A stretch of DNA of 64,000 bases. Origin: Anaeramoeba ignava BMAN. Taxonomy: Eukaryota; Protista; Anaeramoebae. The translations under genes were made by a program, and so were the position numbers. A model generated the notes under the pieces. It was not told the origin of the DNA, did not search any database, and saw only the letters and a program-made list of their open reading frames with translations. Below, one piece after another: positions 35,218 through 46,293 of this stretch. Within the stretch, counting starts at the first letter, position 1. Every line of letters starts with the position of its first letter. Where the stretch lies: positions 58,111 through 122,110 of the forward strand of contig JAPDFW010000137.1 in the NCBI GenBank assembly GCA_028826165.1, in the 5' to 3' direction.

Positions 35218-37665
35218 ATGTCAACTTTATCTTTAAAATTGGAAAAAATCTTAAAACTTTCTTCAAAAGAAAAATCAATAGAGGAATTGTCAAAATTTAT
35301 AAAAGAAATTAGAAATTCTAACACAAAAAAATACAAACTTAGATTATCTTTAAAAGCTTGTCAAAATTTACTTGAAACATTTGAAAAAAGTTTAAAGGAA
35401 AATTCAATAAAATCAATAATAATTTGTTTGGAAACATTAAATTTTATTCTTGAATTTGAAAAAATGATGAAAATATTCATTGATTTAAAAATTGGAGCTT
35501 TGTTATCACAAAAATTTAAAGAAATTTTACTAAATATTGATCAAAAATTCTCAAATTTTCATCAAAAAAAGATTTTCCAACTTTTTATGGAAATTTTCCA
35601 AATTTTATCTAAAAATTCTGATTCTCAAAAAGAAATTGGAAGAATAATCATTTTAATAATTGAGGAAGTTTTTCTTCGAGGATGGAAAGAAATTGATTTA
35701 GAATCACAGAAATTGCAACAAAAATCAATTGAAACAGTTCTAATTTTGTTATCAAATTGCGCAGAAAATAAAAAAATTCTGTTGAATTCCAAAATAATTT
35801 CTCAAGAATATTTACTCAGAATTTTAAATCTATTCCAATCAACAAACGATATTCTCATACAATTTTTTGTAGTTGAATTTCTTTGGAGGATAATTCGTTC
35901 AGGAAATATTTCTTTGGCAAAATTTATTGATGAAAAAGAATTCAAATTAATATCTTTTTTTGATGAAGAATTAGGAAAAATCTCTCCAGATAATTTCCGC
36001 AAGGATTCAAGACACTTTATTAATAAATTTAACCAAGAAATGCTTCCAAATCCCCAAATTCTTTCTTTAGAATTCGTTTCAACAATTTTTGGTGATGTTG
36101 ATGATATGGGGATTCATAATTTAAATTGGATTGATTTTGGAGCGAATATTGTTTTTTTATGGATTGATAATTCTCTTCCAAATTTTAAAGATTTCTCAAG
36201 TTGCGTCCAACTTTATTATTCAGAAATCAAAAAAATGGAATTTTCCAAAAAAAATGTTAAAATTAGAATTAATTTGAAAAATAATTTACAAAATGAGCAA
36301 TTAAGAAAATTAATGGAGAATCAAGTTAATAAGTTTATTGTTTGTCAATTCGAAGAAAAATTGATTAAGAAAATTGAAGATTCATTAATTGAATTTGTAA
36401 CAAAAAACATTCAAAATTCAAAAAAGGAAAAGAAAAAGAGTTTTGTTAAATCATCAGTAGCATATTTTATTCCAGAAGAAGAAGAAGAAGAAATAAATCA
36501 AACAAAAAAAAGAAAAAAATCAAACAAAAAAAAATCACTTCATAAAAAGCATAAAAAGCATAAAAAACAAAATCAAGAAAATATTGAAAATAATGAAAAT
36601 AATGAAAATAATGAAAATAATGAAAATAATGAAAATAATGAAAATAATGAAAATAATGAAAATAATGAAAATAATGAAAATAATGAAAATAATGAAAATA
36701 TTCAAAATAATGAAAATAATGAAAATGATGAAAATGATGAAAAATCTTTAAGTCAACTATTTCAATCTCAACAAAATGTGGAAAATATTGAAAATATTGA
36801 AAATAATCAAAATAATCAAAATATTCAAAATAATGAAAATATTGAAAATAATGAAAATAATCAAAATATTGAAAATATTGAAAATATTCAAAATATTCAA
36901 AATATTCAAAATATTCAAAATGACGAAATTGATGAAATTGATAAAATTTTTATGGAAAAAGAATCCAAGAACAATTTCATCATTAATCAAGTAACAAATT
37001 TAGATAAAAAAAGAATAAATGCATTTCCTAAAAATCAAAATGAATCAATTACTTTAAAAGAAAAAGATAATTTCAACTTCATTCTTAAAAAAGAACATAC
37101 AAATCAAAGTAAAAAATTCAATCAAAAAAATTCCAACAAAAATGAATTAAAAGTTAAAGAACAATCATTAGATCAAAATATTTCGAATTTTATAAATCAA
37201 TTTGAAAAAGTTTTCAAGAAAAAAGTTCAAGTAAAAAAAAGAAAAACATCAGAATTGATTGAAAAATTTAAAAAAGAAAGTGAAGAAAAAATGGAACAAA
37301 TTTTATCAAATCAAAAAAAACAATTTGAACAAGAAGAAAATAATTTAATTCAAAAAACAAAAGAAATCAAAATCCAAATTTTAAACAAAGCAAAACATTT
37401 AAAACAATTTCTTGATTCTTTTTCAGAAGAAATGAAACAATTCAAAAAATTTCAGGAAAATATTTCATTATCAATTATTCAAATAGAAAAACAAATAATT
37501 TTGAAACAAAAAGAAATTGAAGAAGAAAATTCAAATCAATTTAATTCTTTATGTGAAGAAATTCAAATGACTGCAAAAGAATTACTTAAAGAATTAAATC
37601 AAATTAATTCAGATGATGAAAATTCGCTTATAAAACTTACAAAATGTTTGATTGAAGATTTTTGA
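35218..37665 (+). CDS. SYCP2: SYCP2/Red1/ASY3-like meiotic chromosome-axis core protein
   Basis: Helical N-terminal region ending DILIQFFVVEFLWR, then ISPDNFRKDSRHFINKFN and NWIDFG (compare SYCP2 DYELQVAIVEALCR, FETDCRIFLNLVN, FWIDFN, recalled from memory). These are followed by a KSSVAYFIP candidate closure motif, a disordered middle and a C-terminal coiled coil. Confidence 0.65.
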   Translation: MSTLSLKLEKILKLSSKEKSIEELSKFIKEIRNSNTKKYKLRLSLKACQNLLETFEKSLKENSIKSIIICLETLNFILEFEKMMKIFIDLKIGALLSQKFKEILLNIDQKFSNFHQKKIFQLFMEIFQILSKNSDSQKEIGRIIILIIEEVFLRGWKEIDLESQKLQQKSIETVLILLSNCAENKKILLNSKIISQEYLLRILNLFQSTNDILIQFFVVEFLWRIIRSGNISLAKFIDEKEFKLISFFDEELGKISPDNFRKDSRHFINKFNQEMLPNPQILSLEFVSTIFGDVDDMGIHNLNWIDFGANIVFLWIDNSLPNFKDFSSCVQLYYSEIKKMEFSKKNVKIRINLKNNLQNEQLRKLMENQVNKFIVCQFEEKLIKKIEDSLIEFVTKNIQNSKKEKKKSFVKSSVAYFIPEEEEEEINQTKKRKKSNKKKSLHKKHKKHKKQNQENIENNENNENNENNENNENNENNENNENNENNENNENNENIQNNENNENDENDEKSLSQLFQSQQNVENIENIENNQNNQNIQNNENIENNENNQNIENIENIQNIQNIQNIQNDEIDEIDKIFMEKESKNNFIINQVTNLDKKRINAFPKNQNESITLKEKDNFNFILKKEHTNQSKKFNQKNSNKNELKVKEQSLDQNISNFINQFEKVFKKKVQVKKRKTSELIEKFKKESEEKMEQILSNQKKQFEQEENNLIQKTKEIKIQILNKAKHLKQFLDSFSEEMKQFKKFQENISLSIIQIEKQIILKQKEIEEENSNQFNSLCEEIQMTAKELLKELNQINSDDENSLIKLTKCLIEDF

Positions 37666-37682
37666 AAAATGATTAAAAAAAA

Positions 37683-39448
37683 TTAGAAAATCAAGCATTT
37701 ATTCCTTCTTTTTTCTTTTGTTTCAATTTGAATTTGATTTTGAATTTGATTTTGAATTTGAATTTGATTTTGATTTTGATTTTGATTTTGATTTTGATTT
37801 TGATTTTGATTTTGATTTTGATTTTGATTTTGATTTTGATTTTGATTTTGAATTTGATTTTGATTTTGATTTTGATTTTGAATTTGATTTTGATTTTGAT
37901 TTTGATTTTGATTTTGATTATTAAATTTTTTAATTAATAAATCAAATAAATTTGGATTTGTTTGATTTAATTGAAAATAATCAATTCCAATTTTAATTTC
38001 ATCAATTATTTCTTGTGTAATTTCAATTTCATCTTTAATTTGATTTGAATAAATCCAATATTCAAATATTTGAAATGATTTATTACTTAATTCACTATAA
38101 TCTGTAACTTTATTAGATTTATCTTCAGTTACAGATAAAAACATTCCTCGATATAATTCGCTTCTCGTTATTAATATTAATTTAGGAAATTTATATTGTT
38201 TTTCTTTTCTTTCAATTATAAAATCTTTTTCATTTTCATTTTCATTTTCATTTTAAATAATTTTATCAAATCTTCTTCAAGATTGGAAAAAGAAGAAGGA
38301 GAATAATAAATAAATGAATTGTAAAATCCACAATAAATATGATAATTGGAAATATTTTCATTAAATCTTAATTTAGGAAGTTCAATTTGAATTGGAATTG
38401 ATTGATTTTTTGTATTTCCAGTTCCTAATTGACCAAATAAATTTTCTCCAAATGATATCAATTTCCCTTTGGAAGTTAAAATCAAAGTATGATTATATCC
38501 AACAGAAAAATCAAGAATAATATCATCATTTTCAAATAAAAATGATTTGATTTCAGTAAATTCATAAGTATTTCCATATTGGCCAAGTCCATTATATTGA
38601 TAATTTCCACATGAATAAAGTTTTCTTTTTGGATTTTGATTTTCATCTTCATTTTCAATCAACATTATTGAATGAGTATATCCACATTGAATATCAATTA
38701 TTTTGCCTTTTGGAATATTTTGGATTTTGGTTAATTTTTGGATTTTTGTTTCTTTTCTTCTTGATTTTCTTAATCCAACTTGATTAGAACTATTATCTCC
38801 GCATACAAATAATTCTTGATTTGATTTTAAAAGAAAAATATATTTTGAAGAATTTCCTGAAAATATTTTAGAAACATTTTTCATCATTAAAATTGGTTTT
38901 TTTGTTTTTTTAAGTTTTTTAGAATAAAAACTAAGTTGACCATAATAATTTGAACCAAATCCATAAGCATTTTGATTTGAAGTTAATAAGTAAACTGAAC
39001 TTCTTCCAGAAACAATATCTTGAATTATTCTATCATTTTTATCTTCAATTAATGATGAAATATTGATAAATTCATTTGGATTTTTTGAATTAATATATCT
39101 TCCTTTTGCAAATACATTTCCTTCTTTTGTTAAAATAGCTTCACTTTGATTACAAACAGTTACTTTTTGAATATTTTCTTCAATTTCTATTTTTGAAGGA
39201 TTTTGTTTTGAATTATTTTCTTGTAAATATTGTATTGCTTTTCCATTTTTAAAAAGGAAAATTGTTGAAAATCTTCCTGATGAAATTTGTTTAATTTGTT
39301 TTTCATTTTCATTTTCATTTTCATTTTCATTTTCATTTTCATTTTCATTTTCAAATTTAAATTGAATTGGTTTTTTTATTATTGTTTCTGGTTCATTTTT
39401 GATAAGTTTTGGATATTTATTTGAACCAAAAAATAAAATTTCATTCAT
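37683..39448 (-). CDS. RCC1-repeat plus BTB-domain protein ending in a CaaX box; one frameshift near 38255
   Basis: RCC1 repeats (IQDIVSGRSSVYLL...YGFGSNYYGQL; IIDIQCGYTHS; FSVGYNHTLIL...FGENLFGQLGTG). Restoring one base gives NENEKDFIIERKEKQYKFPKLILITRSELYRGMF (BTB). The protein ends KRRNKCLIF*. Confidence 0.85.
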
Positions 39449-39548
39449 TTTTGAAAAGAAAAAAATGAAAAATAATTTTTATTAATCAAGAAAAAAAGAA
39501 ACAAAACATCAATCTAAAAAAAAAAAGAAAAAAAGTTAATATTTTCTT

Positions 39549-41882
39549 TTAAATATCACTAAAATTATTTGCGAAAAGAGTAGAATAAGAAAGATTTTGA
39601 TTTTGATTTTGATTTGAATTTTGATTTGAATTTGGTTTTTGATTTGAATTTTGATTTTGATTTGAATTTTCATTTTCATTTTGATTTGAATTTTGATTTT
39701 GATTTGAATTTTCATTTTGATTTGAATTTTCATTTTGATTTTGATTTTGATTTTGATTTTTATTTTGATTTGAATTTGAATTTTGATTTGAATTTTCATT
39801 TTCATTTTGATTTTGATTTTGATTTTTATTTTGATTTGAATTTGAATTTTTATTTTGATCTGAATTTAAATTTGAATTTGAATTTTCATTTGAATTTTCG
39901 TTCATAATACTTTTTCTTTTTTCCTCTTCCTTTTGTTGTTGGCGTTGTCTTCTAAATTCAGTTCTAGCCAATCTCAATTTTTCTAGTTCTTCTTGAACAA
40001 AAGGTTTAAAGAAAATACGCAATTTATTAACTTCTTTTCTAGAAAACATTTTAATTTTAAAAGCAACATTTAATAATTTATCAGGATCAAAAGCATTTTC
40101 AGGAAGTTTTTTAATAGTAACAAATAAAGTTGCATGATCATTAGATTTAAAAAGAGATTTCTTATTAATTTTAAACAAAGCCAAAGCAATTCTAAAGAGC
40201 ATTTTATCACCTTCAAAAAGAAAAGCATCCCAAATTCTTAAGGTTGTTTCAGTTGGAGTGCAAGTTAAAAAAACACAAAGAAACCACTGTTGAGTTATTA
40301 ATTCCAAAGATACATTTGTTGATAAAATATGCGATCCAATTTTGTTCAATCTTTTCAATAATAATTTTTTTAATACTCTTAAATCAACATGTGATGAAAC
40401 CATATCTGATGAATAATAATCTCTTGGCATTTTATCTTCTATAATTGATACTAACATCCAAAATGCTTCTTCTTCATTCATGTATAATAATAAGAATGCT
40501 GCTAAAAAATTCATTGATTGACAATATCCAATTTTGTCATTTCGCCAACTGTATGCTACAAGTACATTCCGTAATTTGTCAACGTTTTCTTGTTTGCGAT
40601 AAAAATCATGATCTGGAAAAGTTCTATGCAAATCCTTTTTTTTTTAAAAAAAAAATTTCAAATCATTTCAATTTAATTTAATTTAATTCATTTTAATTTA
40701 ATTTACTAAAATTATTTCAATATTTAATTTATTAAATTCATTTTAATTTAATTTAATTTAATTAAAATTATTTCAATATTCAATTCAATTTAATTCAATT
40801 AAATTCAATTAAATTCAATTCAATTATAAATTCAATTCAATTATAAATTCAATTCAATTCAATTCAATATTCAATTCAATATTCAATTCAATTCTATTCT
40901 ATTCAATTTATTTATTCAATTAAATTTATTAAAATTATTTCAATATTTAATTCAATATTCAATTCAATTTAATTCAATTCAATTTAATTCATTTCAATAT
41001 TCAATTCAATACAATACAATACAATTCAATTCAATTCAATTTAATTTAATTTAATTAACTAAAATTATTTCAATATTCAATTCAATTCAATTCAATTCAA
41101 TTCAATTTAATTTAATTTAATTCAATTAAAATTATTTCAATATTTAATTTATTTAATTCATTTCAATATTCAATTCAATATTCAATTCAATATTCAATTC
41201 AATTCAATTCAATTCAATTCTATTCAATTCAATTCATTTCAATTTATTTATTAAATTTAATTCAATTTATTTTATTTCAATTCAATTTAATTTCAATAAT
41301 TGTGTTAATAAGGAAATTGAAAAATTTTTTTTGTTAAAATTATCCTTAATTTGATCAAAAAATTAAAAAATAAAAAATTAAAAAATAAAAATACGTTATC
41401 AATTTGTTTAGTTGATTTTGAAACTTGAGATTTATAACGGTTTAAAAGATTTGAATAATAATTAGGGTTAGCTTCTTTCATTTCTTTTGCACCAGAAAGA
41501 ATTTGCCAAACATTGCTTCTCAATTCATTTGGAATACCTTTACGAACTAATTTTTTAAGCTGTGTACTTTTTTTAATAATAGTTGCTAAACCTCCTTCTT
41601 TTTCAATAAAATTTTTCCATTGATTTTCTGCTCGAATTTTTGTTTTTCTTGTGTTTTCTCGTAATTTTTGTTCTTCTTCCCAGCTGTAATGTATTGGAAA
41701 TCCATACTCATCTTTTATTATTTCTGGTTTTGTTTGCTTTCTTTTTATTCCATTGTTTTTTTCATCAATTTTTTTTTAATTAATTTTATTTTAAAATTTT
41801 TTTTATTAAATTTTTTTTAATTTTATAATTTGCTTTAAATTATTTGTTAAGTTGATTTTTACGGTTTATTTGCATTTGACAT
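39549..41882 (-). CDS. TBC-domain Rab GTPase-activating protein
   Basis: Exons 41882-41863, 41740-41395 and 40634-39549. Motifs: DEYGF, LKKLVRKGIPNELRSNVW, QIDNDLHRTFP (Arg finger), GYCQSMNF (Gln finger), EEEAFW, LRIWDAFLFEG. Confidence 0.92.
40665..41300. repeat. (CAATT/TAATT)n pentamer microsatellite in TBC intron 2
   Basis: Direct reading of the sequence. Confidence 0.9.
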
Positions 41883-41896
41883 CTAAATTAAAAAAA

Positions 41897-41946
41897 AAAT
41901 GAAAAATGAAAAATGAAAAATGAAAAATGAAAAATGAAAAAAATGA
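41897..41946 (-). promoter_or_regulatory. Tandem array of initiator-like (TTTTTCA)n upstream of the TBC gene
   Basis: Six to seven TCATTTTT units 15-65 nt upstream of ATG 41882. Confidence 0.5.
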
Positions 41947-42366
41947 TTTTTAAAAAAACAAAATAAAAAAAAGTGGAACAAAACAATTTAATAACAAATT
42001 TAAAAAAATTAAACAATTCTCTTTTTTTTTTTCTTTTTTTTTCAACTCTTACTGAATGAATTTTTGATTAAATTTAGATATTCAATCATTATGAAAAAAA
42101 ATGAAAAAAAAAAAATGAAATTTAATTCAAATTTAAATTCAAAAAACAAAAGGTGAAAAAAAAAAAATAAAAATTAAAAAGAAGTTGAAAAGCAAAAAAA
42201 GAGAAAAAAGCAGAAAATTTTTCAATTAGAATTTCCAGTTCATTCTCTCCTATTTTTTTATTTTCATTTTCATTTTTATTTTTAATTTTTTAAATTTTTT
42301 TTTTCATTTTTTTTTCTATTCAAATTGTATTTTTGTTATTATTAAGCAGATATATATTTTGTAAAA

Positions 42367-43300
42367 ATGGGGAATTCGCAAAATAAAGAATTATTTGGTT
42401 CACCAATAAAACCATCAATGAGAACAAAGAAGCAATTTAAAAAACTAATTTCTGACAAAGTAGAAGCAATAGGATTAATCAATTCTAACGGGAATTACGA
42501 ATGCTTCAACAAAGAATTATACAAACTATTTGGATTTGAAAGTGAAGAAATGGCAAACATCACTTTAACATCAATTTTAACATTTAGTTCAGAAAAACAA
42601 CCTGATAATCAAGAAACATCAGTATCCGCTTTAAAACTTCGAACAGGACAAGCACTTTCAAATGGAGAGCACAATTTCAGATGGAAATATGAAACATTTG
42701 AAGGGAAAGAACTGGATGTTTATATCTGGCTTAATCCAATTCGTTTGGGATCCAAAATATTCTTTCAGGCAATTATCCGTCCAAAAAAACTTCGCCATTC
42801 CACTTTTTCTTTTGAGGATGAAAGTTTGACAAGTACAGAAGTATCTGGTCGTGATATCGGTGATTTTTGTTTGGAGGAAGCTGTTCGTATTACTAACTCA
42901 ATGATTGGCTTTCTCGGTTTTATCAATAAAGATCCTGATATCATTTCAATTTTTGGATTTTCAACAAATGCGATGAAACAATGTCAAACCCAATCAAAAC
43001 CGTTAATTTTTAAAGTCTCTCAAGCAGGTCTTTGGGCTGAGGCTATTCGGGAAAAAAAGATCCAAATCACAAATGATTATCGTGCTCAAAACCCCAAAAA
43101 GAAAGGTTTGCCTGATGGTCATATTGAATTGAAAAATTATCTTGGTGTTCCCTATTTTTGAAGATTCTAATAATAAAAAATTGATTTTTGTTGTTGGTGT
43201 TGCAAATAAAAATTCTGATTATTCTGAAGAAGATGCTGCTAAAATTCAGGACTTAATGTTAAAAATGTGGGCAATTTTTAAAAAGAAATTTGGAATTTGA
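42367..43300 (+). CDS. PAS-GAF sensor protein with an N-myristoylation motif; one apparent +1 frameshift near 43150
   Basis: PAS: FNKELYKLFGF...SSEKQPD...HNFRWKYETFEGKELDVYIWL. GAF: DFCLEEAVRITNSMIGFLGF...AMKQC...AGLWAEAIREKK...TNDY...GLPDGH. Removing one C from GTTCCCT continues VPIFEDSNNKKLIFVVGVANKNSDYSEEDAAKIQDLMLKMW...FGI*. Confidence 0.85.
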
Positions 43301-43389
43301 TCAAATGAAATCATTAAAAAAAAAATTTTTTTTATTCTTTTTCTTTTGAAAAAAAAACATTCATTAAAAAACGAAAATTAAATTTTAAA

Positions 43390-45760
43390 TTAATTCTAAT
43401 TAAATTATAAATTAACTTTAATTTAAAAAGGGGTTATTTTAAGATATTTTTAAAGCAAATTAAAATGGAATAAAAAAATAATTAAATTTTGATTAATCCA
43501 AAAAAATATATAAAAATTAAATTAAATTATATATTAATTATAAATTAAAATAAAAGATCGTATTTATTTAATTAAAATTATAAATTAACTTTAATTTAAA
43601 AAGGGGTTATTTTAAGATATTTTTAAAGCAAATTAAAATGGAATAAAAAAATAATTAAATTTTGATTAATCAAAAATATATATAAATAAAATTAAATTTT
43701 ATTTTAATTATAAATTAAAATAAAAGATCCTATTTATTTAATTAAAATTATAAATTAACTTTAATTTAAAAAGGGATTATTTTAAGATATTTTTAAAGTA
43801 AATTAAAATGGAATAAAAAAAAATTAAATTTTGATTAATCCAAAAATATATATAAATTAAATTAAATTTTATATTAATTATAAATTAAAATAAAAGATCG
43901 TATTTATTTAATTAAAATTATAAATTAACTTTAATTTAAAAGGGGTTATTTTAAGATATTTTTAAACTAAATTAAAATGGAATAAAAAAAAATTAAATTT
44001 TGATTAATCAAAAATATATAAAAATAAAATAAAATTATATATTAATTATAAATTAAAATAAAAGATCCTATTTATTTAATTAAAATTATAAATTAACTTT
44101 AATTTAAAAATGGGTTATTTTAAGATATTTTTAAAGTAAAAATGGAATAAAAAAAATTAAATTTTGATTAAGTCAAAAATATATAAAAATTAAATTAAAT
44201 TATATATTAATTATAAATTAAAATAAAAGATCCTATTTATTTAATTAAAATTATAAATCAAATTTAAAAAATGGGTTATTTTAAGATATTTTTAAACTAA
44301 ATTAAAATGGAATAAAAAAATAATTAAATTTTGATTAATCAAAAATATATAAAAATAAAATTAAATTATATATTAATTATAAATTAAAATAAAAGATCCT
44401 ATTTATTTAATTAAAATTATAAATTAACTTTAATTTAAAAATGGGTTATTTTAAGATATTTTTAAACTAAATTAAAATGGAATAAAAAAATAATTAAATT
44501 TAATCCAAAAAAATATAAAAATTAAATTAAATTTTATATTTATTTAATTAAAATTATAAATTAACTTTAATTTAAAAATGGATTATTTTAAGATATTTTT
44601 AAACTAAATTAAAATGGAATTAAATTTGGAATAATCAAAAAAATAAAAAAAATTAAATTAAATTTAAATTAAATATCCTATTTATTTTTAATTATAAATT
44701 AAATTTAATTAAAATTAAAAAATATTTAAAATTTAAATTAAATTTAATTTAAAAAGGGTTATTATATTTTTAAAGTAAAAATGGAATAAAAAAATAATTG
44801 AAAAATTTTTCTTAAGTCGAATAAAATTTTTAAATTAATTATAAATTAAATTCTATAAAATTAATTCTAATTAAATTATAAATTAAATTTAATTTAAAAA
44901 GGGGTTATTTTAAGATATTTTTAAAATTAAAAAATGGAATAAAAAAATAATTAAATTTTGATTAATCCAAAAAATATATAAAAATAAAATTAAATTTTAT
45001 ATTAATTATAAATTAAAATAAAAGATCGTATTTACTTAATTAAAATTAACTTTAATTTAAAAATGGATTATTTTAAGATATTTTAAATTTAAAAAAAAAA
45101 TAAAATTATAAAATTAATTTAAAATTTAAATTAATTTAAAAAGGGGTTATTTTAAGATATTTTTAAAAAATAAAATAAAAAAATAAATTTTGATTAATCA
45201 AAAATATATAAAAATTAAATTAAATTTTATATTAATTATAAATTAAAATAAAAGATCCTATTTACTTAATTAAAATTATAAATTAAATTTAATTTAAAAA
45301 GGGGTTATTTTAAGATATTTTTAAATTAAAAATGGAATAATTTTAAAAATTAAATAAATTTTTATTAATTATAAATTAAAATAAGAAAAATGGAAAAATT
45401 TAATTTATTTAAAAATTTTTGATTTTAAATTTAAAAATGGAATAAAAATAATTAAATTTTGATTAATCAAAAATATATAAAAATTTAAATTAAATTTTAT
45501 ATTAATTATAAATTAAATTAAAGATCGTATTTATTTAATTAAAATTATAAATTAACTTTAATTTAAAAATGGATTATTTTAAGATATTTTTAAATTTAAA
45601 AAAAAAATGGAATAAAAAAATAATTGAAAAATTTTTTCTTAAGTCGAATAAAATTTATAAATTAATTATAAATTAAATTTAAATTATAAAATTAATTCTA
45701 ATTAAATTATAAATTAAATTTAATTTAAAAAGGGGTTATTTTAAGATAAATTAAAAATTA
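43390..45760. repeat. AT-rich satellite with a ~170-bp monomer, about 15 copies, and higher-order duplication
   Basis: The box GG(G/A)TTATTTTAAGATATTTTT recurs at about 43430, 43603, 43773, 43942, 44111, 44272, 44442, 44579, 44756, 44901, 45064, 45143, 45301, 45570 and 45732. Confidence 0.93.
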
Positions 45761-46293
45761 AATTAAAATTGAATAAAAAAATAAAGGAAAAAATTTATTT
45801 TGGGGGATTCGAAGATTTAGATAAAATAAACAAGAATGATTTTTTTTTTGAAACAGTAAAAAATCACAATTAAAAATAAATAAAATAATTTATTTATTAA
45901 TTTTTAAGAAATTTCGAATTATTTTGCTTTTTTTTATTATTGAGTTAATTGGGGGTTAAAAAATTTAATAAAATTGATCGAATTCAAAAAAAAAATCAAT
46001 TTAAATTAAATTAAATTAAATTAAATGGAATTAAATCAAATCCAAAGAATCCAAATAAATTTCATGTTGAATTCTTTGATTTGTTTAATTAATTAAATTT
46101 AAAAGAAAAATTTTTTTAGATTCAAAAAAAGCAAAATCATTTTTCTTTTCAATTATTTTTTTTTTCTTTCACTTTTTTTTTTAATTTTTTTTTTTGTTCT
46201 TTTTGAATTGAAAAAAAATTTTTTTTATCTTTTTGAATTAAAAAATATTTTTATTATTATTTAATTTATATTGAAAAATTAATTGAATTGAAA

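Noticed and set aside
43390-45760. CRISPR-like array or repeated small-RNA genes
   Set aside because: The sequence between the conserved boxes is itself repeated rather than unique spacers. There are no cas genes and no tRNA, 5S or spliced-leader features.
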